A stretch of 64,000 nucleotides of DNA, from NCBI GenBank assembly GCA_964016885.1, contig OZ024748.1, forward strand, positions 27,590,001-27,654,000, given 5' to 3'. Position 1 is the first letter of the stretch; each line of letters begins with the position of its first letter. A model generated the notes under the pieces. The model worked only from the letters and a program-made list of their open reading frames with translations. It was not told the origin of the DNA and ran no database searches. This DNA comes from Eledone cirrhosa (Eukaryota). Made by a program: the position numbers and the translations under genes. Positions 43,503 through 54,191 of the stretch are shown in pieces.

Positions 43503-44001
43503 TGCAAGTCTATCCGGCGCATAGGTCGACCCCTAAAATTCTGAAGTGTAATTCAGGTTCAGGCTTATATTCGCTGGGTAAGGACACCTCTCCCCCCCCC
43601 CCCCCGATAAGGCAGTGATAATAATTCAAAAAAGTTAGTGGCATGCTAAATGCTAAGACACTTCTAAAACACTAAAGTCGCAAATGAGTTCTAACTCACT
43701 GAGTAAACCAGCCTAGCCTAACCTTAACGAACCTATGGTAACCTACCCATGAGCTACGGCATGTCAATGATATTATTATAATCTCTACGTGAAATAGACT
43801 TAACAAATATGAGATTCAGTAGGAGATAATTGTGGTGGGCTGCTAGGTATGTGGTGTACAACGAGTGTTAGGCAGGCAGTTTCACTGTTTACCCCTCAGT
43901 GGTAAAGGTTGACATTCTATGTTCGGCGGACAAGTCGACTCCTTGTTTTGGAAAGATTTTTTAGGCTCAAAATGTCGACTTGTACGCCGGCATATACGGT
44001 A
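43503..44001. mobile_element. Tc1/mariner-type MITE remnant
   Basis: Right end GTCGACTTGTACGCCGGCATATACGG|TA, a degenerate left end ATCCGGCGCATAGGTCGAC, and an internal sub-repeat CGGCGGACAAGTCGAC. Confidence 0.6.
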
Positions 44002-44027
44002 TATATATATATATAAATTATATTAAT

Positions 44028-44425
44028 AAATGGAAACTATATTTATAAAACCATATTTATTCTATTATATATATATATATATTTCTAGGGTACGCTCTCA
44101 TCAGATAAAATACAAAGTTTGTTTTATAAATATTGACATATCCGGGAACGAGATCTTAACGGTTCAAGTTTTTCCTGGAACCGTTAAGATCTCGTTCCTG
44201 GATATGTCACTATTTATAAAACAAACTTTGTATTTTATCTGATGAGAGCGTACCAAAATGTTGGTACCCTTGAAATATATATAATAGAATAAATATGGTT
44301 TTATAACTATAGTTTCCATTTAATAATATCATTGATATTATACCCCAGAAATCTGTCGAGTGCTTCGAATCAGTTATAAATATATATATTTGTTGAATTA
44401 CCAACAAATTAAATATCCCTTTGCT
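44028..44425. mobile_element. Fold-back palindrome (44028-44321) with HHR arms and a 3' tail
   Basis: Centre GATCTTAACGGTTC-12-nt loop-GAACCGTTAAGATC. The left HHR (44058-44112, -) has a stem II deletion. Confidence 0.88.
44231..44291 (+). ncRNA. Minimal type I hammerhead ribozyme with palindromic stem III
   Basis: UAUUUUAU-CUGAUGA-GAGCGUACC(aaaauguu)GGUACCCUU-GAAA-UAUAUA-UA-AUAGAAUA, overlapping an AAUAAA. Confidence 0.82.
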
Positions 44426-44582
44426 TATATATATATATGTAGATAAATCTACCAAAATATACGGTAGTGTCCAATCCGTATGAAGAACTCAATGTAATCC
44501 ACATATCATGAAAAGAGAAGATGTATTCAAAAATTTTCGCTAAAAATCATAGGAAAAATCATAGGAAAACAGAGTCAAGATG

Positions 44583-44855
44583 AATTAATAAAAACAATGA
44601 AATAAAAACAAAGAACAAGTTCCTTATATTAAAAAATTCATCATTTTACGATCGTTTCTACACCAGGTAGAAATTTCTGAAGACAGCATGTATATGTGAA
44701 GGTATGTATATTTCCTCTGATAATTTGTAATATTTTTACATAGATCTATATGATATACATACCAACGCACATATACATCCTAGAAACGATCGTAAAATGA
44801 TGAATTTTTTAATATAAGAAACTTGGTCTTTGTTTTTATTTCATTGTTTTTATTA

Positions 44856-44858
<3 letters not shown>
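44583..44858. mobile_element. Inverted repeat (78-bp arms) built from the 3' half of an HHR plus tail
   Basis: 44583-44660 is the reverse complement of 44781-44858 with few mismatches. Each arm begins UAGAAACGAUCGUA. Confidence 0.85.
44673..44798 (+). ncRNA. Type I hammerhead ribozyme with ~100-nt stem II
   Basis: AUUU-CUGAAGA-..AUGUAUAUGUG..GGUAUGUAUAU...AUAUACAUACC..CACAUAUACAU..-GAAA-C(GAUC)G-UA-AAAU. Stem I is only 4 bp. Confidence 0.65.
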
Positions 44859-44933
<75 letters not shown>

Positions 44934-45318
44934 GAGAGGTATAGAGATTGTTTTAGCAAGAAGCTAACGGCATTCTATAACATATATATATATATATATA
45001 TATATAGTAGTGTACATATTACCTATATATTGGCAGTAATAGGTAAAGAAACAAGTAACAAAGTCACAAAACCTCCGGACCTGGTTCAAAGGACAAGAGA
45101 GAAATTTCAATACAACTCTACAGCTTAGTTAACTATATTGCTCTTTCTTTCTTTCTCTTCACTCTATCACTTTCACACATACACTCCGTCTTTCTTCCTC
45201 TCTCTCTCTTCCTCTCTCTCTCTCTCTCTCTCTCTCGTTATCTCTTCACTTCATCCCCCCCCCCTATCGCTTTACTCCATCTCTCTCTTTCTTTTACGCA
45301 TACACCTTTATATATATG

Positions 45319-46888
45319 TATGTATATGTGTGTGTAATTGTGTGTGTGTGTGTGTCTGTGTTTGTGTGTGTGCGTATTAGCAGTCAAACTAACACAGCGT
45401 GGTTCAGAATAGAGACGTATACGGAAGCATATATATTGTTTATGTATAATAAATATACATTCCGTCTTGTGAGCATTTTCACCTGTGATCACACTACAGC
45501 TACCTCAGTAACAATGTGAGAAAGTCAAATCCATCATTGGTGACGCTTACTCATTCGGTATACTCAATATATATGAATCTAAAGCTTCTTATATGTAGGT
45601 TTTGTATTTTAGACGCATATGCGTACAGCAAAAAAAAGTAATATTGTTGGAATATAAACCTTTAAAAATACAGGACAAGAAACTAAAATAAAACTTTAAA
45701 GAATTGGACAAGAAATAAAAAATTTACAATAATATTAGTGGCAAAATGTTTTTATTCGTTTCCTGTGCTATGCCCCAGTATCTTCTTGATTAGTGCATAA
45801 TAATTGTCATGCTCTCATTGTGCGTTGCCCCTGAGCGGTTGGTTCTGGTTGGGGTTGGTTGGCTGAGCAGTTCTGCTCCGTCAGAATGACCATTGCAAGA
45901 AGAATTGGCCGATGCAGCTGCAGATCTCCTCCAAGAATGCACTTCTGGTCCCGCAACACCAGACGAAGATGGAGAAGACGACCGGGACAAGATGTCGACT
46001 CTGACCACCGACTACGGCACCTCCCTCAAACACCGGTCCTCCCTCCCTCTGTCCCGTCATCCCTCCAGTCCTCCTGCTCCCCCTTCCTGTACCAGAAAGC
46101 TGTGGCACGCATTCATCTGGACTGCCGGACTTGAACTCAAGGACAAGATGCAAGGAGAAGATGGACGGGTTGGTCAAGATCAAGGATGAGCGGGACGACA
46201 AGACCGTCCGCTGCTGCTCAAGATCTGTGCTCATGGGCCCATGGGTCCATTCACATTATGCATGACACATGAGGCGTGTCGCCGAATGATGAAATAGGGG
46301 TATGGTTATGGCCCAATTGGTGTTCAAACCGGGATCAAATGATTCCCCCGGTCTGACGACGACCTCTGAATGTGGAACCCAGAGCCTATGAATGTGGAAC
46401 TCGATTTTTTACCAATAAAAATTTTGCCACTAATATTATTGTAAATTTTTTTATTTCTTGTCCAATTCTTTAAAGTTTTATCTTAGTTTCTTGTCCTGTA
46501 TTTTTAAAGGTTTATCCAACAATATTACTTTATTTTTGCTGTACGCATTTTTCTATCTGGTATGTATATGTGTGTGTAATTGTGTGTGTGTGTGTGTGTG
46601 TGTCTGTGTTTGTGTGTGTGCGTATTAGCAGTCAAACTAACACAGCGTTGTTCAGAATAGAGACGTATATGGAAGCATATATATTGTTTATGTATAATAA
46701 ATTTACATTCCGTCTTGTGAGCATTTTCACCTGTGATCACACCACAGCTACCTCAGTAACAATGTGAGAAAGTCAAATACGTGTATTTCAGGATCGTTAA
46801 TCCATCATTGGTGACGCTTACTCATTCGGTATACTCAATATATATGAATCTAAAGCTTCTTATATGTAGGTTTTGTATTTTAGACGCA
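45319..46888. mobile_element. ~930-bp inverted-repeat insert flanked by a ~300-bp direct duplication
   Basis: Direct repeats 45319-45618 and 46561-46888; inverted arms ~45620-45757 and ~46414-46548; GC-rich ~660-bp core. Confidence 0.8.
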
Positions 46889-47022
46889 GCTTTGATATGA
46901 GCTCAAGCTAAAAGGTCCACACGAGATTATGTATGCTTATTATATATAAACTTTTTGTAGATATTTTTATATACGTCTATATAGGTGCAGCGAATTGGCA
47001 GAGTCGTTAGAACGTCAAATAG

Positions 47023-47053
<31 letters not shown>

Positions 47054-47080
47054 TGTATGTATGTATGTATGTATGTATGT

Positions 47081-47518
47081 AGGTCACCAGTTGGTGCTAC
47101 TGGTAACATGTATCCCAGTACAATCTGTCTCATGGTCGGGTCGTTGGCGACTAAACCGGCAACCCCACCAAGGTTTCTTGGTGAGGAGGGTGACTTTGGA
47201 CATCCTGCAGGACTAAAAACGAAACCTGTCAAAGGGCAAAGGAGCTCTTAAGAGTCAATGGCCATCCAAAATCACCGGGAGAGATGACCCCTTAGCCTTT
47301 GTCAAGTCAGAATTCTAGGAGAAGGAAAACTCTGATATAACACCTGCAACCCTGATGGTAGTGTTTGTACCAGAGTTTTCAAGTCGCTGGCTGGACTAAA
47401 GAGTCACACTCGTTCAGCGCATCGGTAAGGGTTCTCCTACATGGATATAAAGTAGTGGCCGTGCTCGAAAACGAGTTGGCAGCTACCATGTATGTATGTA
47501 TGTATGTATGTATGTATG
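47081..47518 (+). mobile_element. Short bipartite non-autonomous RTE-type retroposon with (ATGT)n tail
   Basis: A structured 5' segment joined to the ORF end VCTRVFKSLAGLKSHTRSAHR*, then a 3' UTR and tail. It is inserted in (ATGT)n. Confidence 0.7.
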
Positions 47519-47811
47519 TTCTTCTGGTTTTATAATTTCACAAATGTTTACCAATAGAGAGAGAGTCGGTTTCTAACATAGACACAAGACACTCTCATTG
47601 GAATTTACACAATATCAACTAGGTAGATTATGTATGCATGTCTGCATGTGTAGATATAGATATTATTGTATGTGTGGATGTGGATGTTTTGAGTTGTATG
47701 TGTGCATGTGTATATGCTTTGTATCTGTACATGTGTATATGCAGTTATTAGATGCAAAATCTTTGGAATGTTTTACATATTTTTACTGTTCCATGTATGT
47801 ATGTATGTATG

Positions 47812-48210
47812 TAGGAAAACTCTGATATAACACCTGCAACTCTGATGGTATCCAATGATGTCGACTTGTTCTTCTTTTTGGTAAATATCATCTTGGTTAA
47901 GAGAGTGGGACTGGCTTTGTGCAGTGCCTTTGCTCACTATAAAAGCTTCACGGCACAGGCATTGCTTTATATCTGGAGATCTCTCTGCACTTGTCGTCAC
48001 ATGGTACTATGGGCCCAGCACTATGTGACAATAATTGTCACAAGTGTAGTGTTTGTACCAGAGTTTTCAAGTCGCTGGCTGGATTAAAAAGTCACACTCG
48101 TTCAGCGCATCGGTAGGGGTTCTCCTACATGGATATAAAGTAGTGGCCGTACTCGAAAACGAGTTGGCAGCCACCATGTATGTATGTATGTATGTATGTA
48201 TGTATGTATG
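47812..48210 (+). mobile_element. Second, 5'-truncated copy of the same retroposon with an intact C2H2 finger
   Basis: CSVCTRVFKSLAGLKSHTRSAH* fits C-x2-C-x3-F-x5-L-x2-H-x4-H; (ATGT)n on both sides. Confidence 0.75.
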
Positions 48211-48268
48211 CGGTCCCAAACAAAGCCTACTGGTTAAAAAGTTCGCTTTACAACCACGAGATCTCATG

Positions 48269-48784
48269 CAGTGACGGATTAAGGCCGTGGAGGGATGTAC
48301 AGCCAGAGACCCATACAATAATAAGTGCCCCAAATTATCAGTTTTTCTGTTGCTATCGTAAACTACACACAGGAAGATCCTTTATGAAATTTTCTGCTAG
48401 GTGCTTCCACAATATTCAAACTGCTCAAAATTATGTTTTCTTTTGCTACAATACGCAAAAGCCCTAATGGAATTTTCTGTTTGGTGTACTCACAATATCT
48501 AAAGGGCCCTAATTGTTTTTCTACCATATAATATACAAGAACCCTGATTAAATTTTGTAATAACGGTCACCGCAATATTTAAAGGGCATTCAAATTATTA
48601 TTATTTTCTTTTTTTTTTTTTTGCTATTATAAACAACACGCAAGAACCCTTGTGAAATGTTCTGCCTGGGGCCACCACAATGTTTAAATGACACGAAATT
48701 ATTTTTGATAACATAAACAATACACAAGGGGCCCGATAAAATGTTCTACTAGGGGCTCCAATCTTAATCTGCTCGCTCTCACTG
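48269..48784. mobile_element. Old MITE with internal degenerate ~85-95-bp tandem repeats
   Basis: CAGTGACGGATTAAG at the left and CTTAATCTG(ctcgctc)TCACTG at the right. No clear TSD. Confidence 0.45.
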
Positions 48785-49177
48785 CGTGGTTTCGTGAGCA
48801 AGTGTTATCTTACATATCTCAAGGGTCGACAAAAATCCTTTTCAGTGAAATAAGATAGTTAAACATCTGTTGGGACACTCGTCAATGGGATAGTACCTGT
48901 AATTAAAGGGGCCAGTGCGTTATCAATCTCCTACCGGTTATGCATTAGAGTACAAGTATCATCATCAAACCTGACGGGGGACCTATTTACTTATTTACTC
49001 TTTATATGCACCTATCTATCTATCTACCTATCTAAACATCCCCCCCCCCTCTCTCTCTCTCTCTTTATATATATATATATATGTAGAAGTTATATTTAAT
49101 GTGTTGGGATACAACAAGCAAATATTTTTATAACTGATATAAAGCACTCAACAATTTTTTGGAGTATACAATATATT

Positions 49178-49360
49178 AATTGTTTCTACTTTTGACACAA
49201 GGCCAGCAATTACCCAGTACATTACTGGTACTTTATTTTATCGACCCCGTAAGGATGAAAGGCAAAGTTAACCTTGGAGGGATTTGAACCCAGTCCGTAA
49301 AGGGACGTAACTCTATGCTAGAAAGCATGGCGTCCGAACCTCTACTGATACTGCCAATCC
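49178..49360 (-). mobile_element. Main tRNA-derived SINE inserted in the left arm of an HHR palindrome
   Basis: Near-full reverse SINE. The host element continues at 49085-49180. Confidence 0.92.
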
Positions 49361-49388
49361 ATGGAAACTATATTTATAAAACCATATT

Positions 49389-49453
49389 TATTTCATTATA
49401 CATATTTCAAGGACACCAAAGCAAATTATGGTGCGCTTTCATCAGATAAAATA
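49389..49453 (-). ncRNA. Minimal type I hammerhead ribozyme (left arm)
   Basis: Reverse complement of 49601-49665. Confidence 0.8.
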
Positions 49454-49600
49454 TAATATAGATCAGTTTTATAAACAAATATTGACATACCCTTAAAAGA
49501 ATGCGACCATGTCTGTTGGAAGCTCCCGGAGCTTCCAACAGACATGGTCGCATTCTTTTAAGGGTATGTCAATATTTGTTTATAAAACTGATCTATATTA

Positions 49601-49665
49601 TATTTTATCTGATGAAAGCGCACCATAATTTGCTTTGGTGTCCTTGAAATATGTATAATGAAATA
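49601..49665 (+). ncRNA. Minimal type I hammerhead ribozyme (right arm)
   Basis: UAUUUUAU-CUGAUGA-AAGCGCACCA(uaauuugcuu)UGGUGUCCUU-GAAA-UAUGUA-UA-AUGAAAUA. Confidence 0.82.
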
Positions 49666-49699
49666 AATATGGTTTTATAAATATAGTTTCCATTTATTA

Positions 49700-49751
<52 letters not shown>

Positions 49752-51094
49752 AATATAGATTCAGCGGGAATCGCATTTCGGCGGGTAGGAAAGGCGAAAC
49801 GAAACGCAAAAATCAGAAATGACACTGGCAAAGTGCTCAATAGTTAAAAACCAGAGCTAAACAATATGTTAAGAAGCCATACAAAACTGAAAAAGTGGTC
49901 AAGAAAGCATCAACCACCTAAGCCAAAAAGCAAATCAAGCTAAACAGGTCAAAACAAAATAAATGATAAAAAATTAAATATATATATATATATACACACA
50001 GGGTGTCCCGAAAATGCACACACATTTTGATTACCTGTACAGGCAATATTTATTCCTGATGATTTCCTTCGAATGAAACAGTTCTAGTCCTGCAGAAGCC
50101 ATTTCTATATTAAACATTATATACTCTACTATGTATTGAGTACCTTACTTACTGTGGCTACCCCCGATTGAACTCGGGATACACACAAACACAAGACATT
50201 CACACGGGATCTCTCATACACACACATTCACATGTATACGCACAATGCACACGCGCACATATGTATATATATACATACACATACATGTGAATATGTTCAT
50301 GCACATATATATGTATGTGTACACACACATACATGATATAACGTAGGTTACTTTACCTTACAGTACACATACATTTTATGGGAACGGAATATTGTCCTGG
50401 GTGACACTGAATAAAGTTTTGTCGTTTCAAATCTGGTCTACATACACACTCACACACATATAGATGTATACACATAAAGACACATACACATACTCATATA
50501 CACACATAAAGACACATACACATACTCAGATACACACATTTACATGTACATACATACAGACACATACACACATACACACTCACACATGTATACATGTTCA
50601 TACATACAGACACATGCACACATACATACGTACAGACACATACACACATACATACATACACATACACACTCATACATACACACACATATGTACGTATATA
50701 TGTACAAACACACTCAGACACGTATATATGTACATACACACACACACGTATGTACACATGTACAAATATTCACACACACACACGCTCGTTCACACATACA
50801 TGTACCTACATAAATACACACATGTACACATGGACAAACACACACACACGCATACATGTATACACATACACACATACGCACGTATATCTATATAGACACA
50901 CACACACACACGTATACATGTATAAACATACATAGACATGCGCATATACAAACACATGCATACATATTCATATACATAAATACGCGTATATTTGTACAAA
51001 CATATACACATTACAAACCTTATACACACATATATAAACATAAACATACTTAAACATACGCATATACAAACACACGCACACAAATATTCATATA

Positions 51095-51380
51095 CATCCA
51101 CATATATACTAACTTACACACTCAGACACAAACACACATACATACTCATATATAAATATACGTACACATCTTCATATACATACACACATATATACTAACT
51201 TATAAACTCAGACACAAACATGCATACATACTCATATATAAATATACGTACACATCTTCATATACATACACACATATATACTAACTTACACACTCAGACA
51301 CAAACATGCATACATACTCATATATAAACATACGTACACATCTTCATATGCATACACACATATATACTAACTTACACACA
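51095..51380. repeat. ~85-bp tandem repeat, about 3 copies, in a (CA/TA)-rich tract
   Basis: CATATATACTAACTTACACACTCAGACACAAAC... recurs. Confidence 0.85.
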
Positions 51381-51567
51381 AGTACGTTATTTTTATTTTC
51401 AGAGACGAAACACATCCATCAACTAATAAAAGCCACACTCCAGTCTGGATAGGTCCCACTCAAACTCATTTCACTCCGGGGAGTGAGGCTTTTACGTGGC
51501 TATTTCATACTCAACCCCTTCAACTTCTAGACTTCATCTCATCTCTCTCTCTCTCTCTCTTTCTCTT

Positions 51568-51992
51568 TAGCTATATACGTATCTTTTTCCTCCTCACTCC
51601 CTCTCTTTTTAGCTATCTATGTATCTTTTCCCATCTCACTCCCTTTCTCTTTAGCTATCTATGTGTCTTTTCGCCTCTCACTCCCTCTCTTTTTAGATAT
51701 CTATGTATCTTTTCCCATCTCACTCCCTTTCTCTTTAGCTATCTATGTATCTTTTCGCCTCTCACTCCCTCTCTTTTTAGCTATCTATGTATCTTTTCCC
51801 ATCTCACTCCCTTTCTCTTTAGCTATCTATGTATCTTTTCGCCTCTCACTCCCTCTCTTTTTAGCTATCTATGTATCTTTTCCCATCTCACTCCTTTTCT
51901 CTTTAGCTATCTATGTATCTTTTCCCATCTCACTCCCTCTCTCTTTAGCTATCTATGTATCTTTTCCCATCTCACTCCCTCTCTCTTTAGCT
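51568..51992. repeat. 42-bp minisatellite with partly alternating A/B variants
   Basis: TAGCTATCTATGTATCTTTT(CCCAT/CGCCT)CTCACTCCC..., about 10 copies. Confidence 0.92.
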
Positions 51993-52038
51993 CAGTCGTC
52001 GGGATCCCGAATTCTTCATATATAAATATATTTATATA

Positions 52039-52079
<41 letters not shown>

Positions 52080-52574
52080 CTTTCTACGAATCATTCATAA
52101 GTTATAAATTTTTCTTGGTGAGTCTGGTAAGGCGGTGGTTTGTCATGGACGACGAAACAGTAAATTCAGTAACTAAAATACCTTAAGTATTTTGATTATT
52201 ATTTCTCGGCTGGGTTCGATTTTTACTTTCCATCTTTTCGTTTGTTTATAAAATAAGTTATCAGCTAATTTAGGCTATTAATACACCATCCACCCATTCT
52301 CAGTTGTTGTTATTGTTTAATCACAAGACACTTCCGATTGAACAGGGCTGTTATTAAATTCATGTCAGTCGTGACTCTCTCGTCATTAGACCGAACGGAT
52401 TTCTGACATAGTTATAGTTACAGGGGTGCGGGCTGAGGCTTGCACGGGATCCTGAACCGAATGAGCATTTTATCGGCCCCCCTCCCTCCCTTCATAATTG
52501 TTTATTGTAGCGAAAAAAAAAATTGATTTGGAACTATTTTGGGGAACTTGGCTATAGCTAACAAGGAGACTCAT

Positions 52575-52730
52575 CAGGCCGGTGTTAATTCCGGTTTCCA
52601 TGTCACTGAGACTTCCCCACCTGGGCAGGACGCCAGTCCATCGCAGGGTTAAACCCCCAACTACTGCTGGTACTCATTTCAGCTGAGTGTACTGGAGCAA
52701 CGTGAAATGAGGTGTTTTGCTCAAGAACAG
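52575..52730 (-). mobile_element. CORE-type SINE body
   Basis: Minus strand GTTCTTGAGCAAAACACCTCATTTCACGTTGCTCCAGTACACTCAGCTGAAATGAGTACCAGC...AACCCTGCGATGGACTGGCGTCC. Confidence 0.7.
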
Positions 52731-52864
52731 ACTTCAGTGACTGTCTTGATTTGTAAATGAAATTAGATACATTCATTGTTTAATTTCTATTGCTACCTTT
52801 TCCCATATCTTTTCTCTTGCCCCTTCTACCTTGATCTTTTTCTCTATGCTCCCTAATCATCTAT

Positions 52865-52999
<135 letters not shown>

Positions 53000-53297
53000 C
53001 ATCATAGTTATATATATATATATAAAGCAACTATGTATATAGCATAGCCATTCGACATAAGATCTCTTACCACTTGTTGAATACATAACGTCACACACGC
53101 ACACACACATATCATACACGCCCGCCCGCACGCACACACACCACAGCGCATACATATTTCTTTTACTAAAATTCCTTCGACTACCCCTCACTGTATTCTC
53201 AGCCGTTTCAAACTCAATTCTTTACCCCTCCTTCTATCTATATCTACAAAACTTCCTCACCGTCCCTCCCTCCCTCCTCTGCTATGCTATATCTCTC

Positions 53298-53333
<36 letters not shown>

Positions 53334-53552
53334 CTCTCTCTTCCCATTCCTCATATTTAACAATCTCACCTTTCACCTTATTTTACGTCCCAGAGTGTAC
53401 CCTTTCTACCCTTTACTCACACTCATTCTCTCTGTGTCACTCACACTCCACTCACTGAATCATTCTCCTTACAGGTGGGCGGGGTAAGGTGGTACCAACC
53501 AAAGACCAAAGTTCGTATTTTGACACCGCTGCGACGATTTAAGGCGATTTTT

Positions 53553-53730
53553 AATAGTTGTTTCTACTTTTGGCACAAAGTCAGCAATATAAAGGGAAGG
53601 GGGGAAAGTTAATTATAGTGACTCCAATACATAACTGGTACTTTATTTTATCAACTCCGGATGGATGAAGGGTAAAGTTAACTTTGAACTCAAAACATAA
53701 TGAACCGTAACTAAATGTTACAATAGACTG
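53553..53730 (-). mobile_element. Diverged main SINE
   Basis: TTGTTTCTACTTTTGGCACA...CTGGTACTTTATTTTATC...TTTGAACTCA. Confidence 0.8.
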
Positions 53731-54191
53731 CAGCAATGTGAAATAAAGTGTCTTCCTCGTGGGGCACAATGTGCCACCTACAATCGAACTCACGACGTTC
53801 ACACGCTCGAACTATAATGTATAATATATAAAAATATTTACTCTACCTAAGAGTAAATATTTTTATATATATATCAAAAACCCTTACATCCATCACCACC
53901 ATCACCACTAAAAATACCACTACAACACCACTTTCTCCATCACAACCATCACAACCATCGATTCAACCACTGACCCCGTGACCACCACTACCCATAGAAC
54001 TACCACTAATTCCGTCTTAACCAGCTCTACAACACTATCATAACCTCCACTACTACTGCTCCCTATATTATTACCATCTTACCCCCAACACCATCATAAC
54101 GATCAGTTCAACCACTGGTTTCAGCCCTACTACTACCATCATTACCTATACTTTCTCTATCTTACCACCACTATCACAACCACCTGCTTAA

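Larger units (their letters stand above)
49361..49693. mobile_element. Perfect palindrome (166-bp arms, 1-nt centre at 49527) with two outward-facing HHRs
   Basis: By eye the arms are exact reverse complements. Confidence 0.92.

Noticed and set aside
45790-46234. Short ORFs in the GC-rich core as a host exon
   Set aside because: No recognisable protein family and enclosed in an inverted-repeat insert; kept only as unexplained cargo.
49997-50060. CAGGGTGTCCC mariner-like terminus
   Set aside because: No convincing matching second TIR.
53824-53870. 21-bp-arm AT-rich palindrome
   Set aside because: No HHR motif or family match; low complexity.
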